Shown one piece after another: positions 56,800 through 64,000 of a stretch of DNA of 64,000 nucleotides. A program made the translations under genes and the position numbers. Location of the stretch: contig OZ251459.1 of NCBI GenBank assembly GCA_965242525.1, positions 2,016,001 through 2,080,000 of the forward strand, in the 5' to 3' direction. The DNA comes from an uncultured Candidatus Binatia bacterium. Its GTDB lineage: Bacteria; Desulfobacterota; Binatia; UBA9968; JAJDTQ01. The notes under the pieces were generated by a model, which worked only from the letters and a program-made list of their open reading frames with translations, did no database searches and was not told the origin of the DNA. Each line of letters begins with the position of its first letter. Position 1 is the stretch's first letter.

Positions 56800-58048
56800 G
56801 TGATCGAGCGCGTGACCATACGGCATTTCAAACGGTTTCGGGACCAGAGCTTCGACTTGGCCGAATCGGTGGTGCTCGCCGGACCGAACAACGCCGGCAA
56901 GTCCACGCTGCTACAGGCCATAGCCGCCTGGAAGATGGGGCTGGACCGATGGGTGGCGCAGCGCGGGGGCAGCAAGGCGGCCACGCGGTCCGGCGTAGCC
57001 ATCACGCGCAACGACTTTACCGCAGTGCCGCTCCGCGAGATGAACCTGTTGTGGGAGGACCGGAAGGTGACCGGCCAGGCGGGGACGGCGGGAGCGCCCA
57101 GACCCATCGAGATCGTCGTCAGGGGAAAGGCCGGAGAGGCAACGTGGAACTGCGGGATGGAGTTCCAGTACGCCAACCGGGACCTGGTGTACGTGCGGCC
57201 CCGCGGCGCCAAGGACCTCGACCGCGAAGCCATCCGGAACTTTCCGCCCGCGGCTGCCAGGGACCTCGGCATCGTCCATGTGCCGCCGCTCTTCGGCATC
57301 GAGCGCGACGAGCCGCGGCGCGACCGCGGCATGCAGGACCTGCTGGTGGGTCAGGGGCGTCCGGGCGAAATCATCCGGAACCTCCTGCTGGAGATTGCCG
57401 AGAACGACCCGGAAGGCTGGCTGTCGCTCGGAGAGTTCTTCAGGGACCTCTTCCGTATCGACCTGCTGAAACCCGACTACTCGCCAGCGCAACCCTACAT
57501 CGTGTGCGAGTACCGCGAGCCGGACCATAGCCGGCCGCTGGACCTGTCCAACGCCGGGAGCGGAACGCTCCAGGTCCTGCTCCTGCTGGCGTTCCTGTAC
57601 GCGCGGCCGGCCACGGTCATCCTGCTCGACGAACCGGACGCGCACCAGCACGTCATCCTGCAACGACAGGTGTACGACCTGCTTCGCAAGGTGGCCCGGG
57701 ACCGCGGGGGGCAGGTGGTCATTGCCACCCACTCCGAGGTGGTGATCGACGCGACGGAGCCCACACGGGTGCTCGCGTTCCTGGGACAGGAGCCGCGCCC
57801 GCTCACCGACCGAAACGAACGAGACCGGCTCCGGGAGGCGCTCAAGCGGGTGACCACCAACCCTCGTGCCCCTTCTCGATGACATGGACCTCCCGACGCC
57901 CAAGCGGGATCTCTACCTGCTGGCCGAGAAGATGGCCGCGGAAGAAATCCACCCCGAAGTCATCGAGAAGCTGGACCGGCTGGCGGAGGTGCTGCTTCCC
58001 TCAAAGTTCGAGGCGGTTGGCAACGGTCACGGAGGACCGGACTCTTGA
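56800..58048 (+). pseudogene. OLD-like ABC ATPase, probably internally deleted (ATPase 56800-57882 + C-terminal fragment 57866-58048)
   Basis: GPNNAGKST, AGSGTLQ, LLDEPDAH, ATHSE. The frame ends shortly after the ATPase domain and a 60-aa protein-like tail follows out of frame. Confidence 0.6.
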
Positions 58049-59739
58049 CCCCTGAAAGCATCGAGGCGCTCATCCAAGGCGGCGAGACGCTTGCGGTGGA
58101 GTTCGAGGGGGAGGATGCCCGCCCCTTCTCCGACCGTGAGCTGGTCGAAACGGTCGTCTGTCTCGCCAACCGGAGCGACGACGGCGACGGCTGGCTGCTG
58201 GTCGGCGTCGAGGACGACGGGCGCGTGAGCGGCGCCCGGCCCCGCCATGAAGCAGGCGGGACCGACCCCGGACGGGTACGGGCCCTCGTCGCGAGCCGCA
58301 CCCGTCCGTCCCTCTCCGTCCGCGCCGAAGTGGTGGCGCTGGCAGGCCGGGAGGTCCTCGTCATCGAGGTCCCGTCCGTGCGCCAACCCACCGGCGTCTC
58401 GGACGGCCGCTACCTGCGCCGCGCCATCGGCGGGGACGGCAAGCCTTGCTGCGTCCCGTTCCACTTCCACGAGATGCAGGCGCAGCAGGCCGACCGCGGT
58501 CTGCTCGATTACTCGGCGCTGCGGCTGGACGGCGTCGGAACGGAGGCGCTGGACCCGCTGGAGTTCGAGCGCTTCCGCCGCATGATCCGGGAGAACCTGA
58601 GCTGCGGGGACGCGGCCCTGCTCGAACTCAGCGACCTGGAGCTCGCCAAGGCGCTGGGCGCAGTCGAATGCGGCAACGGCGAGGTCTCGGTCAGGGTTCT
58701 GGGACTCCTGCTCTTCGGTCGAACGGATGCCCTGGCTTCCATGCTTCCCGCGCACGAGGTCGCGTTCCAAATGCTTTCCGGCACGGAGGTGGAGGTCAAC
58801 GACTTCTTCCGCTGGCCCCTGCTCCGGGTCATGGAGGAGTTGGAGGCGCGCTTCCGGGCGCACAACCGGGAGCGGGAAATCTTCGTCGGGATGGTGCGCA
58901 TCGGAGTGCCCGATTACCCGGAGCGCGCCTTCCGCGAAGGCGTCGCCAACGCCTTGATCCACCGGGATTACACGAGCCTCGGCGCCGTCCACGTGCAGTG
59001 GCGGGAGGACCGGATGGAGATCTCGAACCCCGGCGGGTTTCCGTCGGGCGTGCGCCTGGACAACCTGCTGGTGACCGGACCGCGGCCCCGCAACCCGCTG
59101 TTGGCCGACGCCTTCAAGCGCGCCGGCATCGTGGAGCGCACCGCCCGCGGCATCGACACCATCTTCCACGAACAACTCCGCAACGGCCGCCCCGCACCCT
59201 CCTACGAACGCAGCACCGAGGCCGGCGTCACCCTGGCGCTGCCCGGCGGCGAACCCAACCTCGATTTCGTGCGTCTGGCAGCGGAAGAAGGACGACAGGG
59301 CCGGCCCCTCTCCCCGGATGAACTGCTGCTCCTGAACGCACTGGAGCGCGAGCCGCGGCTGACCGCCGTGCGGGCGGCTGCAACGATCCAGAGGGGAAAC
59401 GGCGAGGCGGAGGCCGTTTTGCGAAAGCTGTGCGAGCGCGGTATCGTCGAGGCCCGGGGCGCCGCTCCGCGGCAGACGTTCAGGCTCTCCGAAGCCGCTA
59501 TTCGGCGGCTCGGGGGCCGAAGGGCCGCTGGCGAGGGACGGGGGGCATCCGCTCGGCACGACGAGAAGATACGCCGGTACGTCGAGGAACACGGCTCGAT
59601 CTCGCGGAGGGAGGCCGCGGAACTCTGCGCCATCGACGCGCCTCGGGCCTACAGGTTGCTGAAGAAGATGGAGACGGACGGGGTTCTTCGCCGTGTCGGG
59701 ACCAACGGAAGGGGCGCTCGCTATGAAAGAAACGCATAG
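58045..59739 (+). CDS. AlbA_2 + HATPase_c_4 + HTH protein (RecG-like regulator family)
   Basis: GETLAVEF, CLAN...LLVGVEDDG, REGVANALIHRDY, ISNPGG, PRNPLLA, C-terminal wHTH. Confidence 0.85.
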   Translation: MTPESIEALIQGGETLAVEFEGEDARPFSDRELVETVVCLANRSDDGDGWLLVGVEDDGRVSGARPRHEAGGTDPGRVRALVASRTRPSLSVRAEVVALAGREVLVIEVPSVRQPTGVSDGRYLRRAIGGDGKPCCVPFHFHEMQAQQADRGLLDYSALRLDGVGTEALDPLEFERFRRMIRENLSCGDAALLELSDLELAKALGAVECGNGEVSVRVLGLLLFGRTDALASMLPAHEVAFQMLSGTEVEVNDFFRWPLLRVMEELEARFRAHNREREIFVGMVRIGVPDYPERAFREGVANALIHRDYTSLGAVHVQWREDRMEISNPGGFPSGVRLDNLLVTGPRPRNPLLADAFKRAGIVERTARGIDTIFHEQLRNGRPAPSYERSTEAGVTLALPGGEPNLDFVRLAAEEGRQGRPLSPDELLLLNALEREPRLTAVRAAATIQRGNGEAEAVLRKLCERGIVEARGAAPRQTFRLSEAAIRRLGGRRAAGEGRGASARHDEKIRRYVEEHGSISRREAAELCAIDAPRAYRLLKKMETDGVLRRVGTNGRGARYERNA

Positions 59740-60061
59740 AAACGCACCGCTCGACCAGAAGACGTTGGACGACGTTATCCGGCGGGTCGTCGGAGCGGCT
59801 CAACCGGAAAAGATCATCCTCTTCGGGTCCGCGGCCCGGGGCACCATGGGACCGGACAGCGACGTGGACCTCCTCGTCGTCAAAGAGGGCGCAGACCCCC
59901 TCGACCTCACGGCTCGGATCTACAGGAAGCTGTACGGGGTCGGCGTACCCGTCGATGCCATCGTCGTCACCCCCGCGGACATGGAGCGCTTCAAGGACAG
60001 TCACGCCCTGGTCATCAAACCCGCTCTCCGGGAGGGACGGGTCGTATATGAAGCCGCCTGA
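59723..60061 (+). CDS. Minimal nucleotidyltransferase (MNT antitoxin)
   Basis: ILFGSAARG...DSDVDLLVV. Confidence 0.9.
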   Translation: MKETHRNAPLDQKTLDDVIRRVVGAAQPEKIILFGSAARGTMGPDSDVDLLVVKEGADPLDLTARIYRKLYGVGVPVDAIVVTPADMERFKDSHALVIKPALREGRVVYEAA

Positions 60062-60440
60062 ACGTTTTCCGCCCGATGATCCGCGGGAATGGTTGAATCG
60101 CGCCAGAAGCAACTTGGCGTTGGCGGAGACTCGTACCGCCGGCGTCTATCTGGAAGACCTGTGTTTCGAGGCCCAGCAGGCGGCAGAGAAGGCCATCAAG
60201 TCGGTGATGATAAAGCGTAACCTCGAATATCCCTACCTGCATGACTTGTCTCACCTGTTGTCGCTCCTTGAAGAAGCAGGCGAGACGATCCCGGACATGG
60301 TCCGCAAGGCCGGGGAATTGGCTCCATATGCGGTGAGCATACGCTATCCCGGAACTACCAGACCAGTCGCCGTACACGAGTACGAGAAAGTGATCGAGAT
60401 TGCTGCGGCCGTCGTCCGGTGGGCTGAGAGAGTCCGATGA
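60048..60440 (+). CDS. HEPN-domain protein
   Basis: WLNRARSNL, CFEAQQAAEKAIK, HDL, RYP; overlaps the MNT gene. Confidence 0.88.
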   Translation: MKPPERFPPDDPREWLNRARSNLALAETRTAGVYLEDLCFEAQQAAEKAIKSVMIKRNLEYPYLHDLSHLLSLLEEAGETIPDMVRKAGELAPYAVSIRYPGTTRPVAVHEYEKVIEIAAAVVRWAERVR

Positions 60441-60456
60441 CACCCGAACAATGCAA

Positions 60457-60589
60457 GGAACTTCTGAACAATCGAAACAGAGGCAAGAGCCCGTCCTTCG
60501 ACTCCGCTTCGCTACGCTCAGGACGAACGGGGATAGGACGGTCAGGGTGAGGGAATCCATCCGGGATGTCTCGATTGTTCAGAGGTTCC
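60457..60589 (+). mobile_element. MITE-A copy
   Basis: Near-perfect TIRs; flanks GCAA/ACAA. Confidence 0.88.
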
Positions 60590-60650
60590 ACAAGCAGGTC
60601 TTCGCCGTGTCCGGGTCATCGAAGGGGCTCTCGCCACGAAAGAAACACAC

Positions 60651-60727
60651 GGAAACGCACACCGTGCGTTTCCTGAACACATCTGTGCGTTTAACGCGTG
60701 CGTTTCATCGGACAGCCGTGCGTTTCC
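60651..60727. repeat. Cluster of GTGCGTTT motifs including a perfect palindrome
   Basis: GGAAACGCAC-acc-GTGCGTTTCC, then GTGCGTTT at 60685, 60698 and 60718. Confidence 0.7.
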
Positions 60728-60799
60728 ATAGGGTTCAAGCGGCGAGGTTCCGAACGCTCTCCGACCGATATCCCGTTCGCCTGCTTGCAGACGGGTAAG

Positions 60800-60909
60800 G
60801 GGAACTCTGAACGGTTGCCCCCGTTCGTCCTGAGCGTAGCGAAGCGAAGTCGAAGGACGCGCTTTCCCACAGGGAGAGGAAGTTCAAGCCGGGATTGATC
60901 CGAGGCTCA
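60800..60909 (-). mobile_element. MITE-A copy (110-bp subtype)
   Basis: Core plus degenerate TIRs; flanks TAAG/CAAG. Confidence 0.8.
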
Positions 60910-60923
60910 CAAGGATTCGATTT

Positions 60924-63900
60924 GTGATTCCCAGGGAGTGCAGGCGTCTGGCGGAGGTGGACTTCCCCATTGCCGAGGTTTCGCGGCACGCGGCGCGGGA
61001 GAAGTCCATCCGGCATGGGCACCCTTCCACGCTGCATCTCTGGTGGGCGCGACGGCCGCTGGCCTCCTCCCGGGCCATGCTGATGGCGCTGCTGCTGCCG
61101 GACCCGTGCGACCCGCATTGCCCGGAAGCCTTCAAGCGGGAGGCGCGGCGGATCCTCCTCGAGATGCACGGGCGGCCGGAAGGGTGGATCGAGGCCGTCG
61201 AATCGGATGAGGGCTTGCGGCGGGTCCTGCTCAAGTTCATCGCCGACTTCGCCAACTGGAGCCTCGCCGCAAACGGCGTCCGGCTCGAAACGGCCCGGGC
61301 GCTGGTGAAGGCGGCCCACGGCGCGGAGCCGCCCCTGGTGGTGGATCCGTTCGCGGGCGGCGGCTCGATTCCGCTGGAGGCATTGCGGGTGGGCTGTGAT
61401 GCGTTCGCCAGCGACCTGAACCCGGTGGCCTGCCTGATCCTCAAGGTGGTGCTGGAGGACATCCCCCGCCACGGCCCGGGGCTGGCCGACGAGTTGCGCA
61501 AGGTCGGCAGCAAGGTCAAGCAGGCTGCGGAACGGAAACTGGCCGACCTCTACCCTGCGGACCCGGACGGGAGCACGCCCATCGCCTACCTGTGGGCGCG
61601 CACGGTGCGGTGCGAAGCTCCGAACTGCGGGGCGGAGATCCCCTTGCTGCGGTCCCTGTGGTTGGCGAAGAAGGGGGTCTTCAAGAGGGAGGGCGGCAAG
61701 CGAATCAAGGTCCGGGGCCGTCAGGCGCTCCGGTATCGGGTGGTGCGGCCGGCCAAGGAGCCGCCGCGTGTCGAGTTGGAGGTGTTCGAGCCGGAAACCG
61801 ACAAGGATGTGCGCGGGGGCACGGTGACGCGGGCAAAAGCGACCTGCTTGTGTTGCAGCGCCGTGTTACCGCCGGAACGGGTGCGGGCGCAACTTTCCGA
61901 GCAACACGGCGGCGCGGACGTGATCTTCGATGGCAAAGGGAAGCGCATGGGCGGCGCGCGCATGACCGCTGTGGTGACGCTGAAGGAGGACGAGCCTGGC
62001 CGGCGCTATCGGCTGCCGACGGATGCCGATTACGCGGCGGTGCACGAGGCGCAGGCGCGGCTGGCGGGGATTCTCGACGAATGGGAGCGGGGCGGGAGGC
62101 AGGGGCTTTGTCCTGTGCCGGACGAGCCGACACCTGCCGGCGGGGGTTCGGGGGCCGGTCGTGCGTTCAGCTTGCATCGGTACGGGATGATGCAATGGAG
62201 CAATCTGTTCACGGCGCGCCAGAAGGTGGCGCTGGTGGAGCTATTATGCTCGATCTCGAAACAGTCGCCAGAGGTTGATGGATTAGTATTGTTGATAGGC
62301 AAAGTTCTTCGACATTGCAATGTCATTGCTAAATGGCATACAGGAAGCGAGACCGTTGCAGGCGCATTCGCAATGGGAACCGTCCCCATGTCCTGGGATT
62401 TTCCTGAAATGTACCCTTTTGTCTCCTACGCCGGGGGTATCGAGAATGCCATACGAGATGTTATCGATCCAATTGACCACTTAGGAATCTCACTTGATCG
62501 ATCTGGCGAAATTCAACTCGCCGACGCAATGGACCACCCACTGCCCGATCAAAGTGGCGGCATATGGTTTACCGATCCGCCCTACTACGATGCCATTCCC
62601 TACGCTGATTTGTCTGACTTCTTCTTCGTCTGGCTGAGACATATACTCCCGGACCGTTCGTTGTTTCGTGACCCATTCGATGCAGACAATCCGCTCTCTC
62701 CCAAAGAGCGTGAAGCAGTATGGGATGAGACCAAGCGATACAAAACGAGAGTCAAGGATCGGGACTTTTTTGAAGATGCAATGAGCTACGCTTTCGCTGA
62801 AGGCCACCGCGTACTACGCGAAGACGGCATCGGCTCTATTGTCTTCGCTCACAAGACTACGGAAGGTTGGGAAGCCTTGTTGTCTGGATTGATTCGCGGC
62901 GGTTGGACGATCACAGGATCATGGCCGATTGCTACCGAGCGAGGAGCGCGCCTTCGCGCCCGCGATTCCGCGGCGCTCGCCACCAGCGTCCACCTGGTCT
63001 GCCGTCCCCGGCCCGACGACGCGCCGGTGGGCGATTGGGCGGACGTGCTGCGCGAACTGCCGGTCCGCGTGGGCGAATGGATGGAACGGCTGCAAGGCGA
63101 GGGAGTGCGGGGCGCGGACCTGGTCTTCGCCTGCATCGGCCCGGCCTTGGAGATATACAGCCGCTACCGGCAGGTGGAGACCGCGGAGGGGCGTCAGGTG
63201 GGCCTGCCGGAGTACCTGGAACGGGTGTGGGAAGTGGTCGGGCGCACCGCGCTGGAAAACGTCCTCGGGGCCGCGGAGGCGAAGGCGCGCAACGGCATGG
63301 CCGGAGCGCTGGAAGAGGACACCCGCCTGACCGCCCTGTTCCTCTGGACCCTGCAAAGCACCGGAGCAGACGACGCCTCCGAAGACGATGACAACGTTGC
63401 GGAGGACGATGACCACGAGTCGGACGACGCGCCCCGCGACAAGCCCGGGGGCTACAGTCTCGTATTCGACGTGGCGCGCCGCTTGGCCCAGCCCCTGGGC
63501 ATCGAACTGTCCAAGTGGGAGGGGCGGATCATCGAGACGGACAAGGGCGTGGTGCGGCTGATAAACGCCACGGAACGAGGGAAACAGCTTTTCGGCGAAG
63601 ACGGCGCAGACACGGCCGCGGAATGGTTGGAGCGCGACCCGAAGGTTACCGTCCAGCAGGCGCTTTTCCCCGAAATGGAGTCTGCTCCCCGGAAGAAGCG
63701 CGCCCGAAGCCGCGGGGGGAAGGTCCTCGTTGCGGACGACGCGGAGATGCAGGCCCCGGACGCCACTACGCTGGACCGGGTCCACGCGGCCATGCTCTTG
63801 CAGGCGTCGGGCCGCAGCCAGGCCCTGCGCAACCTGCTGAAGGCGGAACACGAGCGCGGCCCCGACTTCCTGCGCCTTGCCAACGCCCTGTCCGCTCTGT

Positions 63901-63962
63901 ACCCTTCCGTGAGCGAAGAAAAGCGCCTGCTGGACGCCATGCTGCTGGCAGCGCCGCGGTAG
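60924..63962 (+). CDS. DUF1156 adenine-specific DNA methyltransferase with Zn ribbon
   Basis: TLHLWWARRPLA, DPFAGGGSIPLEA, SDLNPVA, YLWARTVRC...C, FTDPPYYD. Confidence 0.92.
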   Translation: MIPRECRRLAEVDFPIAEVSRHAAREKSIRHGHPSTLHLWWARRPLASSRAMLMALLLPDPCDPHCPEAFKREARRILLEMHGRPEGWIEAVESDEGLRRVLLKFIADFANWSLAANGVRLETARALVKAAHGAEPPLVVDPFAGGGSIPLEALRVGCDAFASDLNPVACLILKVVLEDIPRHGPGLADELRKVGSKVKQAAERKLADLYPADPDGSTPIAYLWARTVRCEAPNCGAEIPLLRSLWLAKKGVFKREGGKRIKVRGRQALRYRVVRPAKEPPRVELEVFEPETDKDVRGGTVTRAKATCLCCSAVLPPERVRAQLSEQHGGADVIFDGKGKRMGGARMTAVVTLKEDEPGRRYRLPTDADYAAVHEAQARLAGILDEWERGGRQGLCPVPDEPTPAGGGSGAGRAFSLHRYGMMQWSNLFTARQKVALVELLCSISKQSPEVDGLVLLIGKVLRHCNVIAKWHTGSETVAGAFAMGTVPMSWDFPEMYPFVSYAGGIENAIRDVIDPIDHLGISLDRSGEIQLADAMDHPLPDQSGGIWFTDPPYYDAIPYADLSDFFFVWLRHILPDRSLFRDPFDADNPLSPKEREAVWDETKRYKTRVKDRDFFEDAMSYAFAEGHRVLREDGIGSIVFAHKTTEGWEALLSGLIRGGWTITGSWPIATERGARLRARDSAALATSVHLVCRPRPDDAPVGDWADVLRELPVRVGEWMERLQGEGVRGADLVFACIGPALEIYSRYRQVETAEGRQVGLPEYLERVWEVVGRTALENVLGAAEAKARNGMAGALEEDTRLTALFLWTLQSTGADDASEDDDNVAEDDDHESDDAPRDKPGGYSLVFDVARRLAQPLGIELSKWEGRIIETDKGVVRLINATERGKQLFGEDGADTAAEWLERDPKVTVQQALFPEMESAPRKKRARSRGGKVLVADDAEMQAPDATTLDRVHAAMLLQASGRSQALRNLLKAEHERGPDFLRLANALSALYPSVSEEKRLLDAMLLAAPR

Positions 63963-63980
63963 GCAAGAGGAACAGTCGCC

Positions 63981-64000
63981 GTGGCAAAGATCGAAGGAAT
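63981..64000 (+). CDS. Possible start of the next gene (partial)
   Basis: GTG GCA AAG ATC GAA GGA after AGAGGA; too short to assign a product. Confidence 0.35.

Overview
High-GC bacterial chromosomal window. The gene content (taurine-type ABC transporter, TRAP transporter, several amidohydrolases, LLM oxidoreductase) suggests an uncultured, possibly sponge-associated deltaproteobacterium-like organism; this is inference only. Metabolic blocks: tauABC-like transporter; an amidohydrolase-GH84 O-GlcNAcase-senA...senB (selenoneine-type) locus; a LysW-carrier operon lysW-lysX-lysY-[class II Ntn amidohydrolase]-lysZ-lysJ with no lysK; rnhA, ychF, TRAP, ampG, tRNA-Ser(UGA), tcuAB, asparaginase and an extracellular nuclease. 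Defence-like modules are scattered: an HTH/PLD-like gene pair, orphan mad3/mad4-like genes, an Hna-like helicase-nuclease, higB with a frameshifted higA, a PHP-ATPase next to the tRNA, and a SNF2 helicase/DUF1156 methylase island. Intergenic space carries about 19 complete or partial copies of a 110-140 bp MITE with 4-bp target duplications. It also carries four copies of a composite element made of ISL3-type ends enclosing a pair of GTCATTCCCGCGAAAGCGGGAATCC palindromes around a decayed GIY-YIG nuclease gene, and the truncated parental ISL3 transposase is present. Best candidates for new biology: (i) an EgtC-like Ntn hydrolase standing in for LysK, (ii) a GH84 hexosaminidase linked to senA/senB, (iii) the ISL3-end/palindrome/GIY-YIG composite element. 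All family assignments are from motif recognition by eye; no searches were run.
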